Source of the DNA: the human T2T-CHM13v2.0 reference genome, Homo sapiens
Assembly (NCBI RefSeq): GCF_009914755.1
Contig: NC_060937.1
DNA: 64,000 bases
Reading direction: 5' to 3' (one strand)
Shown: one piece after another, positions 26,039 to 38,627 of the stretch
How positions within the stretch are numbered: position 1 is the stretch's first letter
Layout: every line of letters starts with the position of its first letter
Notes under the pieces: generated by a model
Seen by the model: only the letters and a program-made list of their open reading frames with translations
Told to the model about the DNA's origin: nothing
Databases searched by the model: none
Program-made: the position numbers and the translations under genes

Positions 26039-26880
26039 TTTTATTTTATTGAGATATAATTTGCATACCGTTAGAGGCTGAATTGTGTCTCCCAAAAAGG
26101 TATGTTAAAGTCCTAACCTGTAATACCTCTCAGAATATACCCTTATTTGACAATAAGTTTATTGCAGATGTAATTAGTTAAGATGAGGTTATACTGGAGC
26201 AAAGTTAATCCTTAATTCAATCTGATTAATAGCTTTATAAGAAAAGATAGAACCACACAGGCAAAAGGCTGCTACAAGTGACGACAGAGGAAGAGATTGG
26301 TGTATCGTGTCTACAAGCCAAGATTGAGAAGGATTGCTGGCAAACACTAGACGCTAGGCAGAAGGGGGGAAGGATTATTCTTTACATATTTTGGAGGGAG
26401 TATGGCCCTGCTTACTTTCTTGATTTTGGACCCCTAGCCTCCTGAACTGTGAGGCAATAAATTTCTGTTCTATTAAGGTGCCCATTTTATCATGTTTTGT
26501 TACATCAGCCCTAGGAAACGACTACACATACTAAAAATGCAACCATTTGAAGTGTATGATTTAATTATTTTTAGTAATTTACAGAGATGTGCAACCATCA
26601 CCACAATCCAGTTTTAGATCACTTCCATTACCCCCCAAAAATCTTTCAGGTTGGTTTGCTGTCAATGCCCATTATACTCCACTGCTATCCCCACACATCA
26701 ACTCATGTGCGTTCTGTCTAGAGATTTGCTTTTTCTGAATATTTCATATAAATAGAATTATAAAACATACAGTTTTTATTTGGTTTATTGAAATTAGCAT
26801 ATTGTTTTAGAGGTTCATCCATATCAGACTTTTATTTTGTTAATGTCAAATTAATTTTCCCCAAGACAATCTATGTATAG
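26039..26880 (-). mobile_element. L1MB-like 3' end interrupted by MLT1C
   Basis: ttttattgagatataatttgcatac ... [LTR] ... catactaaaaatgcaaccattt...tgtgcaaccatcaccacaatccagttttag. Confidence 0.8.
26069..26526 (+). mobile_element. MLT1C-like solo LTR
   Basis: gaattgtgtctcccaaaa...gcagatgtaattagttaagatgagg...aataaatttctgtt...agccctaggaaac.actaca; 5-bp TSD CATAC at 26064-26068 and 26527-26531. Confidence 0.9.
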
Positions 26881-26953
26881 TGACAAACCCAGGGAAGTGC
26901 TTAATGTACTTTTTTGGCCAAAAAGAAAGTGTTCAATGAAAAGGTGAATTGTT

Positions 26954-27244
26954 GGCCAGGCACGGTGGCTCATGCCTGTAATCCCAGCATTTTGGGAGGC
27001 CGAGGCGGGTGGATCACCTGAGGTCAGGAGTTCAAGACAAGCTTGGGCAACACGGCGAAACCCTGTCTCTACTAAAAATACAAAAATTAGCAGGGTGTGA
27101 TGGTGCATGCCTGTAGTCCCAGCTATTCGGGAGGCTGAGGCAGAATCGCTTGAACCCGGGAGGCGGAGGTTGGAGTGAGCCAAGATTATACCACTGCACT
27201 CCAGCCTGGGGTATAGAACGATACTCTGTCTCAAAAAAGAAACA
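26954..27244 (+). mobile_element. AluS (Sx/Sz-like), full length
   Basis: TSD AAAAGGTGAATTGT at 26939-26952 and 27245-27258. Confidence 0.97.
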
Positions 27245-27328
27245 AAAAGGTGAATTGTCTATTACATATGACTTAAAACTCTATTGATGGGGTAGTCAAG
27301 GAGATATTACTCCATGCCTTTCTTAATG

Positions 27329-27511
27329 TAGTGTTTCTAAAACCGGAGTGTGTTACAGAATCACTTGGAGGGCTTGTTAGAATACACACTGTGGACCCTC
27401 AGTCCCAGAGTTTCAGATTCAGTAGATCTGGGCTGGGACCCAAGAATTTACCTGAGTAACAAGTTCCCAGATTATGCTGCTGGTCCATGGAGCATCCTTT
27501 GAAAATGACTG
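27329..27511 (-). mobile_element. MER5A-family MITE
   Basis: cagaatcacttggagggcttgttag...cccagagtttcagattcagtag.tctggg...aacaagttccca...tttgaaaatgactg; opposite orientation to the 24335 copy. Confidence 0.85.
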
Positions 27512-28171
27512 TATTAATTGAAAGCCAATTTAGTAGTATTAGGCCTCTTTTATTTCTCATCTCTATCATTTCCTGCCTTCTTCTCAGTGTCTTATAAGTA
27601 GAAGAGATTAACCTAGAGTAGCTTCTAGTCCAAGTACATCTTTGAAAGCTGTATTTAAGTTTTGATAACTATCATCCATGCCTTCTGAAGAATATTGCAT
27701 CTGCCAAGAGCTTTTGCTTTGCAGAATAAAATTTAAAAATCAATCAGCTTAATGTCATCTCTGTGGTGCATGCTTCTTAAGATCATAGTCACTTGTCCTA
27801 TTTTAAGGGAGTCTCCAATCTACAAAGCTGAGAGTTGCCAGCAATGTTTTTTCTTCTTTTTTTCAACCAACAATTTAGTTTGAGTACCCAGTTGCCTAAA
27901 TGCACAAGACTGTGCAAGTCTTCATTGACTCTATAATAAACAATGCTTTTTCTTTCTTAATTATTATTATTTTTGGAATCAAGACTTACCATTCACTTAC
28001 CTTTGCTTGTATATGCTTCTTTCCCCTTTATATTTACCCCAACTGAAAGAACAACATGAATGCAATTGTCTCTTCTATTTGTTATGTTGTGTGTAGATTT
28101 GTTGCTATAGTGAGAGAAAAGATTTAAATTGAATAACATTAATTTAGGAAAGTTTTACAGACAGTACAGAA

Positions 28172-29407
28172 CAGTGTTAGATCCAGGTTTTGTGAGATCT
28201 GAAGATTATATAAATGGAGAAAGAGGGAGTCAATTTTTAATTAAAAGAAGACAAAAAATTATATTTTATGCACAATACAAAATTTTATATTAAGTGAATA
28301 TTTAGAAGAAAGGAATTATAAGAAATCAAACAAAAATAAAAGATCACAGAATTTGGAGGAATAGCTTTTATTTATTAACTGCCTGACACATCTGTATAAT
28401 TCTTTTTGCCCTTAGTTTTTGGCTGTGTACTCTGGTGATATCTTCCTATGACACAGGTTTTTTAATATTTTTATGCATAAAATGGAAAGTAAATATTGTC
28501 TTTTCTCTATCTTGGTTGATTGAAATTTGCCTTTTATTATTGATAGTTCAGAAAAATTTCTTTCAACTTTACAGCTCATTATTGATAGTGTCATGCTAAC
28601 GTACAATTTCCTGAGGTACAATAAAACATAAAATTTTACCCCATGACCTTCACGGTTCTTAATAGTGCTACTACAAGCTGAGGCCTTGAAAACACAAATT
28701 CTGATGAATATAATTTCATATAATTTCCATCAAGAAAGAATGTGTAATGCATTTATCATTGTATATATTGCATTGTTGAGTGTATTATGGACAGGAGAGA
28801 ACTTGCTTTGGATTAGACTTCATTAAGGACAAAAGATTGCACTTAGAATTTTGTATCATGTCTTATGATTGAATGCTTTTTATACAAATGCACTTTAACT
28901 CCGTGTATTTGAAATACATTTTTTCACTCAATGCTACCCATAAACTTTTGGTGCCAGGCACAATGGGACATGTTTTTGTGATGATGCCATGATTTCTAGA
29001 CTAGTACTTTTCATATCATGAGTCCATTGGGTATGAGTGTTCTAGGAAACCATTCCTAAACCAACAACACTACCAATAACTTAACTTTACACAAAAGTTA
29101 TGGGGAGCAACAGAAATATATCTCACTGAAACAAAATCACAAATATTCCCAAGTCAAATCCCTTTTGCTTACCTTCCAAAAATGCCCACGGGTTCTCTAA
29201 AATCATCTGACACAAAGGGAAGTGTGGGTAAGAGGAAGTTGGAGTGGAAAAGGGAACATTCTTATGTAACTGCAGATAAATTATCTCACTTTTGAAAATT
29301 TTACAAAAGCACATGGCTATGTGATCATACTGCTGTGACTTTTCCTAGTTCTTTGTGTGAAGGCCATGGCTTAAGTATACATTGACTTTGTGGGAAGTCC
29401 ACCTCTA
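28172..29407 (-). mobile_element. Zaphod-like hAT (Tip100 group) DNA transposon, internally deleted
   Basis: Terminus cagtgttagatccaggttttgtgag..ctgaag and other end ggcttaag...gtccacctcta resemble MER53/Zaphod ends; contains a hAT dimerisation-domain ORF. Confidence 0.7.
28412..28621 (-). pseudogene. hAT transposase C-terminal dimerisation domain remnant
   Basis: TLSIMSCKVERNFSELSIIKGKFQST...LSIL fits the hAT motif TLPxxxxxxERxFSxLxxIKxxxRST (Dimer_Tnp_hAT). Confidence 0.8.
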
Positions 29408-29427
29408 CCGCTGCTGTTCAAAAATAG

Positions 29428-30865
29428 ATAGCATTTTTTTTCAGATTGTTTGCTGTTGGTATATGTAAATGTTATTGATTTTTGTATGTTGATTTTGTGT
29501 CCTGCAACTTTACTGAATTTATCAATTCTGACAGTTTTTTGGTGGAGTCTATAGGTTTTTCTCAATATAAGGTCGTGTCGTTTGCATACAAGGCTAATTT
29601 GACTTCCAGAAGGAAAACAATTTCAATCTGGATGCCCGTTATTTCTTTCTCTTGCCTAATTGCTCTGGCCAGGACTTCCAATCTTATGTTAAATAAGAGT
29701 GGTGAAAGTGGACATCCTTGTCTTGTTCCAGAACTTGAAGGAAAGGCTTTCAAGTTTTTCATGTTCAGTACGATGTTGGCTGTGGGTTTGTCAACAGGCC
29801 TTTATTATGTTGAGGTATGTTCCTTCTATACCAAATTTGTTGCGGGTTTTTATCACAAAGGCATGTTGAATTTTATCTAATACTTTTCAGCATCAATTGA
29901 AATAATTATATGGTTTTCATTCTTGGTTCTGTTTATGTGGTGTGTCATATTCATTGATTTGCAAATGTTGAGCCATCCTTGGTATGAATCCCAGTTGATC
30001 CTAGTGAATGATGTTTTTAATGTTCTGCTGAATTTGGTTTGCTAGTATTTTGTTGAGGATTTTTGCTTCTATGTTCATCAATAATATTGGCCTGCAGTTT
30101 TCTTTTTTGTTGTTGTGTCCTTGTCTGGTTTTGGTATCAGGGTAATGCTGGCTTCATAAAATAAATTTGGAAGTATTCCCTCCTGTTCAATTTTTTTTAA
30201 AAAGAGTTTCAGTAGAATAGGTATTAGCTCTTTATTTTGGTAGAATTCAGCAGGGAAGCCACAGTTCCTGGGCTTTTCTTTGATGAGAGACTTTTATTAC
30301 CCTTTCAGTCTTGTTATTTATTATTAGTTTGTTGAAATTTTCTATTTCTTCATATTCTGTCTTGGTAGAATTTACGTCTAGGAATTTATTCATTTTCTTC
30401 TCAGTTTTCAAATTTGTTGGCATATATTGTTCATAGTAGTCTCTAATGATTCTTTGTATTTCTATGATCTCAGTTCTTATGTCTCTTATTTTCATTTTTT
30501 ATTTTATTTGGGTCTTTTTTTCTTAGTCTAGCTGTAAGTTTGTTGATTTTTGTTTATCTTTTCAAAAAAACTACATTTGTTTTGTTTTTTTTTTCCTGCA
30601 ATTTTTAAGTCTCAGTTTCATTTATTTCTGCTCTGATCTTTATTACTTTTTTTCCTTCTCCGAGTTTTCTGTTTGACTTTTTCTTGCTTTAATGGGTTCC
30701 TTGAGGTTCATTTTTAGGTTATTTATTTGAAATCTTTCTACTTTTTTGATGTCTGTGTTTATTGTTATAAACTTCCCTCTCAGTACTACTTTTACTGTAT
30801 CCCACAGATTTTGATGTATTGTTTTTCCATTTTCATTTGTTTCCAGAAATTTTAAAATTTTCTTT
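29428..30865 (-). mobile_element. L1M ORF2 (RT region) segment, inverted relative to the adjacent 3' end
   Basis: ORF 29562-29762 [15 protein letters not shown]...LYAND (decayed F/YADD); ORFs 29371-29565 and 30247-30495 also ORF2p-like; frameshifted. Confidence 0.92.
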
Positions 30866-31340
30866 TGAAATCCTCTTATTTACAGCAAAGTTGATGAAAC
30901 TTGAGGTCATTATTTTAAGTGAATAAGTGAATAAGTCAAACACAGAACATATTATATGTTCTCATTTATATGTTGGAGCTAAAAAACTAGATTTCGTGAA
31001 GATAGAGAGTAGATTGGTAGCTACCAGAGGCTAGGAAGGAGAGGAAGAGAGGAATTGAAAAGAGGTTAATGGGTATAAATATACAGTTAGATAGAAGAAA
31101 TAAGACGTGGTGTTTGATAGGTCAGTAGAGTCACTATTATTAATACTACTCTAGTGTACATTTCAAAATGGCTTGAAGAAAATAATTCAAATGTTCCTAG
31201 CATAGAGAAAAGATAAATATTGAAGGTGATGGATATGCCAATTATCCTAATTTGATTCTAGTAGTGTATCACATTTTTACATGTACCCTGAAAATATTGA
31301 CATCTGTTATGTACCAATAAAAAATAATAAAATAAATTTT
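30866..31340 (+). mobile_element. L1MA4/5-like 3' end with A-rich tail
   Basis: gaaatcct.ttatttacagca...gagagtagattggtagctaccagagg...aaggtgatggatatgccaattatcc...aataaaaaataataaaataaa. Confidence 0.85.
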
Positions 31341-31366
31341 AAAAATAGCTCAGAAATATAATATAG

Positions 31367-31424
31367 GAAAAGAAGAAGAAGGAGGAGAAAAAGGAGGAGG
31401 AGAAGGTGGAAGAGGAGGAAGAGG
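31367..31424. repeat. GA-rich (GAA/GGA) low-complexity tract
   Basis: Direct reading; almost purine-only. Confidence 0.85.
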
Positions 31425-31958
31425 TGCAGTAGTACAAGATTTTTTTCAGATGGGAGAAATTATGTGTGTGAACTATGAGAGGAGGGTTAATTCTTCTTCA
31501 TTTTATAAAGTTGTCCTGACTAGACTTGAAATTACAATCAGAGATACAGGGCTTTCTGTGATTTGTATTTTGCTGGGATTTTAAAGTATAATTTGGGAGG
31601 GATAGATGAGAAAGGAGACTTGATTAAGATGCTTGAAGTCTACAATTAAATTTCATATGATTTTCAGAAGCAATTTTAAATTGTTTAGGACTCATAAGAC
31701 GAGATATGTCATGATTAGCATGGTGACTCACAAAGACGATTCTCATCTTTGTTGGTAATAGATTGGAAGTAAATGATGGAGCCCCTCACTGTGTGTGGCT
31801 CCCTCCTTACATGCTTTCCAGTTTTCCATTATCCATAGACCCCTAAAAAGCTTTGCCCAAAAATACACTTTTCAAAAAGTGCCCATTTTCTTAGGCTATC
31901 AAAATATTGTAGAAAATTCAGAAGTAAAATGTACTCTGCTTATTTCTCATTCCTTGTA

Positions 31959-32317
31959 TGTCCCAGTCACTTCAGGCTGCTATAACAAAGTACCATAGAC
32001 TGGGTGGTCTGTAAACAACAGTCATTTATCTCTCACAATTCAGGAGGCTGGTGCAAGTCCAAGATCAAGGCGCATGCAGATTCAAAGTCTGATGAGGGCC
32101 TGCTTCATGGTTCATGGGCCATCTTCTCACTGTGACCTCACCTGGTGGAAAGAGCAAAATAACTCTCTTGGGGTCTCTTTTATGAGGGTACTAATCTCAT
32201 TCATGAGGGCTCATGACCTATTCATCTTCCAAAAGCCCTACCAATGAATACCATGACATTGAAGGTTAGGATTTTACATATGAGTTATAGGGGGAAACAA
32301 ACATTTAGTTTATAACA
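31959..32317 (-). mobile_element. MLT1A-type solo LTR
   Basis: tgtcccagtc..ggctgctataacaaagtaccatagactgggtgg...aagtccaagatcaagg...aaacatttagtttataaca; TGTA on both flanks. Confidence 0.9.
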
Positions 32318-32467
32318 TGTATTATATAACCTACAGATTTGTATTTAAAAACCTTTTATCACTCTGAAGGAGCACATGCAGTCACCCCGAAGACTACATT
32401 ATACACATAGCAGGTGTCCTAATATTGTCATTAACTATTTGTCTCTCTTTTTTCTTTATAACCTTTT

Positions 32468-32577
32468 ATTCATGTAACAGATACTTATTGAGCACCTATT
32501 ATGTGCCACGTGCTATGGATACATCTGTGAAGTAAAACACATAAAAATAGGTGTCTTTATGGAGCTTATATTTTAGC
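32468..32577 (-). mobile_element. L2 3' fragment
   Basis: ttattgagcacctattatgtgcca...atggagcttatattttag. Confidence 0.65.
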
Positions 32578-33367
32578 ACATTTTACTCCTGAGAACAAAC
32601 AAAACATGGCCATTTTAATCTTGGTTAGATAGCATTATCTGACTTAGCATTTATCTGACTTCAAAATTAGTTTATCCTTGGAATATAATTTTTCCTTTAT
32701 AATTAAATGTAAATCATATTTAATCTCCTATTCATGGTCAAGTCAGAGGAGTTCTAAGTTACAACAATAATCTGCATTTTAATAAATATCATTCCAGCCA
32801 GCATCTATTGCATAACCTGAAAATCGCATTTTTACAAAATGTATTGTTCTGAATGTATAGCTTACCATATAATTAAATATAAAAGTGTTTTTTTTAATTA
32901 CTTAAAGGAGCAAAAGGATTTGTCACATTAAAAGTATGGAGTTTTCTGATGAGGAAAATAGGCGATTTTGAGCCATTATAATTGCTTTTTAAATTGTATT
33001 TCTAAAATATAACCGCTTTTTAAAGTTTTCACTTCTAAAAGACATTTTGCAAGACACTAAAGGTCACTCATTGTAAAAACTAAAAAGGCTGACTCTCAAA
33101 TCTACATGTGAATGTCATGCTTCATATCAATGTCAATATTCAGCATCTAACTTTCAGAAAGGCAGAGAGAATGCTGTATCATTATGTATTGAGAATAGCC
33201 CAATATCTGCTAGTTATCTATCTTTCTTTCCTCATATTGTTGCTACACCTTTCAACAGATAAGAACACTGAAATCAGAAAAACACTTCTGTAAACTTAGA
33301 ATTAGAGCCCCAAATAATTTTATTAACAAAACCAACAGATATATAATATTATCTAAAATAAAATCTC

Positions 33368-33757
<390 letters not shown>

Positions 33758-34284
33758 CTAGAAGCCTGAGGGAAAGATGTTCTTGAGTATCATGATTTCT
33801 TTTTCTTTGAAGCAAATAGGCATATCAACTCTAGAAGAGAGGCATGGTATCATGAAATTGTTGCTGAAAACCACCCTGATGGGTGTTTTTACATAAGATA
33901 TCAGGGGTTGTTAAGAGCTTAATGCTATACTGAGATTAAAGAAGTTCCTCTGGGTATGCAGAGAGAGACGGTTCACATGAGAAGCTTTTGGATTATCTGG
34001 TGGTCCAGAATCAACAAAACTTAAAAACTAAATTTTTTGAAGGGGAATAAATAATTAGCAATATCCCTTAGAAGAACTCTCCTTGTTATTTTTAGTTTTA
34101 AATAACAATATAAGTGAAAATCTTTTGCCAACAATAAAATTCTATGCAGATATTAATGATCACTATTCCTCTTGATGCCATGTTTGGTTAGGTTTTTAGT
34201 TAGAGATTGAAGTTGTAGAAGAGGACAGAGAGCCTATGTCATGGAGTAAAAATTGGAAGAAAGAAAAAGCTGTATGCTCTGGAA

Positions 34285-34644
34285 CAGTGTTTCCCAAATG
34301 TTTAGATGTAAATGACCAAGATAAGTCAATTTCAAAATCTGGAAACTGGCATAGTGCCACCTATTCTTCAAAATTTTGTTAAGCAAATTAAAAGGCTACA
34401 ATGTAGATTATTAACCCCATTTCATAGGAAGAACATAATCTATGATCTAGATTATTAAAAGGCTACAATGTAGATTATTAACCCCATTTCATAGGAGGGA
34501 CATAATCTCAGATGAAAGAACAGACCTTTAGATTGAACATATTTAGCTTGATAAGGTACTCTTTATCTTTATTTTTCTATTTTGCTAAGGCAACTTGGTA
34601 CTTGGGGATGGATTGAGAATGCTGGTATTTGGGAATCTCCACTG
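34285..34644. mobile_element. Probable hAT-Charlie-type MITE carrying a tandem duplication
   Basis: Termini cagtgtttcccaaa ... tttgggaatctccactg; no clean 8-bp TSD. Confidence 0.45.
34387..34508. repeat. 55-bp direct duplication (34387-34441 and 34454-34508)
   Basis: attaaaaggctacaatgtagattattaaccccatttcatagga(aga/ggg)acataatct twice, 12-nt spacer. Confidence 0.95.
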
Positions 34645-35279
34645 TAACTCCCAGCCTCTGTTAGATTGGAGTAGCTTCTTACCAGGTTGTGTTTACCTTA
34701 GTACAGAATTGCATTTCTATGACTGTCAGGCAGGTGGACTGTCAAACGTGCTAGGAAAAGCGAAGTGAAACCTGTCGTTAAGCCTTAAGGGTAGCCAATG
34801 CACTTTCCAGAGAAGGCCCCAAGCTTATACCTAGAGACAGTTGCGCAGTTTTCCTTGGAAAGTATTTCAGAATCCGTGTAGATGTTCAAAAAATAATGCA
34901 GAGTTCTTCCCCATAAAACATGAGATATCAGAGTGTTCTTAAAACACAGAGGTAAAAGGCTCTAACACAGTCTCACCTTAACAGGTGATTTACTTTATTG
35001 ATCAGTGAAGAGCACCCCAGATAGCTAAATGAGATGGCTGAATCTTAAGAAACTGATAGGAGTGTCCCACTGAATGACAGAGTATTCTTGACCCCAAATA
35101 AAGGTTGTGTTGCTGTTATTCAGTTGAGTTTTAGAACACAGGTATTCATTACCTAAGTGACAAATGCATGCTACCATCTCTCAGCATTTAGTCGTCTCCT
35201 TTTCTCCCTCCTAAGAGTCAACCTTCTGTATCTCTTCCCTTCTTATTGGTTCTGAATTTGTTTTAAAAGTAATGCACAT

Positions 35280-35323
35280 TGTGTGTGTGTGTGTGCGCGC
35301 GCGCGTGCGTATGTGTGTGTATG
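35280..35323. repeat. (GT)n(GC)n alternating purine-pyrimidine repeat
   Basis: Direct reading. Confidence 0.9.
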
Positions 35324-35354
35324 ACAAACCTGCCTTACTAATTGAAGATACCTC

Positions 35355-35657
35355 TTTTATTTTATTTTTTTTTCTTTGAGACAGAGTTTCATTTTTGTTT
35401 CCCATGCTGGAGTGCAGTGGCGCGATATCGGCTCACCGCAACCTCCGCCTCCCAGGTTCAAGGGATTCTCCTGACTCAGCCTCCTGAGTAGTTGGGTACA
35501 GGCGCCTGCCACCACACCCAGCTGATTTTTATATTTTTAGTAGAGATGGAGTTCCATCATGTTGGCCAAGCTGGTCTCAAGCTCCTGACCTCAGGTGATC
35601 CACCGCCTCTGTCTCCCAAAGTGCTGGGATTACATGCGTGAACCACCACGCCTGGCC
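35355..35657 (-). mobile_element. AluSq/Sp-like, full length
   Basis: gagtttca.ttttgtt and ctcaccgcaacc diagnostics; TSD CCTCTTTT. Confidence 0.95.
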
Positions 35658-36249
35658 CCCTCTTTTTAATACTATGAATATTCTTGTAGTAGTTAGAAGC
35701 TAAGAAAGTATATTATATACGGACTAATAGAGAGAACAAATTCATGTGCCTTGTCAAGTAGCAAACCCCGTAGTGAGAAATTTAGAACTGATAGGGCAGT
35801 TTTGACATCCTAATCCTTTGGTCTCTGTATCTTCATCCCTCAACCACTGGAAAGAGAGAAAAGAGCCAGAGAAAACCTCCTACTCATTTCACATGTAAAA
35901 TCAGGAGTGGTTCATACTCCGTGTACCTACATCTTAGCTACATGGCCGCATAAAGTTGGAAATAGGTCTGGGAAATGTATTTCCCACCTGAGCAAGCATG
36001 TGCCTCAGTGAAATTCAGGAGTTCTATTAGGAAAGGGAATAATGAATATTGGTGGACCAACAATAGCCTCTCATCTTTCTTCTCAAGAGTCAAGTACTTA
36101 TTCCCATGGATCATTCTGAGATAACAGCATCGAAGAAACATAGATCAAAGAGGGTGGTGTGCTGTGAGGGTGGAAATATTTTGGGGTGGGTGACTAATAA
36201 CTTTATTTTTAATGCTGTGATTTTAAATGGGAATGCTACTCTATATTGT

Positions 36250-36586
36250 AAAAGCTCAAAGTCTTCATCAGGTATCTTTGGGGGGGTCCCAGAGACCATT
36301 TTCAGGGTCTTGTGAGCTCAAAGTGGTATTTGTAATAATTCTAGGACATCGTTGGCTTTTTCTCAGTCTCATTCTCTCATGAATGTGCAGTGTGCTACAT
36401 CAGCTCTTTGAAGGATAATGGAATGTGTGTCTGTGTATGCATCTGTTTAAACACTTCTCAGTGGTAATTTCTAATATGATAAGTAGTTTTATAGATATAG
36501 CCCACATAAAGAAAAGCTCTTGGGGTCCTTGATAATTTTTAAGAGTATAAAGAGATCCAATAATCAAAAAGCTTGAAAATGGTTAT
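36250..36586. mobile_element. hAT-Charlie (Charlie1/MER106-like) element
   Basis: gggggtccc.gagacc.tttcagg...ctcattctctcatga and aaaagctcttggggtcct..ataatttttaagagt.taaa...aaaaagcttgaaaa. Confidence 0.65.
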
Positions 36587-36626
36587 TCTAAAGTATAATG
36601 CACGTTACCATGTTACCTTCTGAAAG

Positions 36627-36931
36627 TTTTTTTTTTTTTTTTTTTTTTTTGAGACAGGGTCTCTCTGTTCCCCAGGCTGGAGTGCATTAGTGTGATCTCA
36701 GCTTACTGCAACCTCCACCTCCTGGGCTCAAACAATCCTCTAACCTTAGTCTCCAAAGTAGCTGGGCCTATAGGCATGCACCACCATGTTCAGCGAATTT
36801 TTTTATTTTTTTGTAGATACTGGGTTTCACCACATTGCCCAGACTAGTCTTGAACTCCTGGACTCAAGGGATCTGCTCACTTTGGCCTCCCAAATTGATG
36901 GGATTACAGGCATGAGCCACTGTACCCGGCC
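36627..36931 (-). mobile_element. AluJ, full length
   Basis: T24 tail, cctgggctcaaacaatcctc; degenerate TSD ACCTT.T.AA..TTT. Confidence 0.95.
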
Positions 36932-37903
36932 ACCTTATAAACTTTAAAATCCAACCTATTTCTTTAACAAGTCATTTGATTAAAGACATTTTTAAAAATT
37001 TATGGAAATATTTTTTAGCTCAGGGTTTAGCATCCAAATGCTGGTTCGTGCTGCTAGGAAAACATTTTCTTGTTGTGACAACCGATATGTGATGTAGTTT
37101 TTCAGTAGCACTTTTTAGTATTTTTAGGGGTGCTCAAAATCAAATCACGAACAGAAATTGACAATTGCTTTTCAGCTTTTCTCCTTTTATGAAAAACAAT
37201 CTGTTTTTCTCAGGAAAGTTAAAGGTTTACAGAAGAGTTTGGGTTATTAATGTTTCCTCATTCTACCTGGTATATGTTAAAACACACACACACACATGCA
37301 CAATTTGAAATTCTATAATAACAGTTAATATTGGAATTTTTCAGAATTTTCTCAGCATTCAGCTAGAGTCTTTTCATTTTGACCTACCATTTCAGTAGAT
37401 CAACAGTGTTTTAAATGCTGACATTACATCACTAAGTGCTGAGATGTTTGAGAACTGTTTGCCCTCTTAGAAACCTAATAATAAAGTAAACTTTGATTTT
37501 AGCTTTTACACTTCTAGCATTTTCATACCTTAATAATTTTGGTCTTCTTCAGTAATTAATCTTAAAAGAAATTTTGAAGGCCTTGAATTAAGAAACATAT
37601 GTGCATCCATTACCTTACAAGACTTTTGAGGGGGCACTTCTAAATTATTTTTTTATTTCTCTAAATTAGAGGACAGAAGTAAATTTAAGACAGGCACTGG
37701 ACATTCAGTGGAGAGTAAATGTCAGCCAATGCACACTAGGCCTAAACTGCATCAACAGCTCATTTTAAAATGAAGATATGGCTATGTTATTTGTTATAGG
37801 AAAATAAGGAATTTCTCTTGCTACTGTACCAGAATCTTAGAGCAGGCACTGTCTAGGATGAATATTTTTGTCTTCAGTTTTCCTTATTTTTTACTGTCAG
37901 TTT

Positions 37904-38627
37904 CTTTTTTTTTTAACTTGTAAGTTCAAGGATACATGTGCAGGTTTGTTACATAGGTAAACTTGTATCATGGGGGTTTGTTGTACAGATTATTCCATCA
38001 CCCAGGTATTAAGCCTGGTACCCATTAGTTATTTTTCCTGATCCTCTCCTTCCTGATCTTTACCCTCCAAAAGGCCCAAGTGTGTGTTGCTCCCCTCTAT
38101 GTGTCCATGTGTTCTCATCATTTAGCTCCCACTTATAAGAGAGAAGAAACACTATTTGGTTTACTGTCCCTGTGTTAGTTTGCTAAAGATAATGGCCTCC
38201 AGCTCCATCCATATCCCTGCAAAGGACATGATCTCATTCATTTTATGGCTGCATAGTATTCCATGGTGTATATGTACCACATTTTCTTTATCCAGTCTAT
38301 CATTGATGGGCATTTAGGCTGATTCCATATCTTTGCTATTGTGTAGTGCTGCAATGAACATACACATGTGGAACAGAACAGAGAACCTGGAAATAAGACC
38401 ACACACCCAAAACTATTTGCTCTTTGACAAACCTGACAAAAACAAGCAATAGAGAAAGTACTTCCTGTTCAAAAAATGGTGCTGGGATAACTGGCTAGCC
38501 ATATGCAGAAGATTGAAACTGGACCCCTTCCTTACACCATATGCAATAAGTAATTCAAGGTAGATTAAAGACCTAAATGTAAAACCTCAAACTGTATAAA
38601 AACCCTGGGAGACAACCTATACAATAC
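37904..38627 (-). mobile_element. L1PA13-like insertion with 5' inversion
   Basis: Antisense 3' end 37904-38368 joined to a sense ORF2 piece 38369-38627; TSD CTGTCAGTTT at 37894-37903 and 38628-38637. Confidence 0.92.

Noticed and set aside
29482-29880. 132-aa + strand ORF
   Set aside because: Antisense shadow of L1 ORF2 with no independent coding signal
32630-32660. 15/16-bp tandem duplication with two TTATCT (GATA) words
   Set aside because: Ordinary slippage duplication with no other support for function
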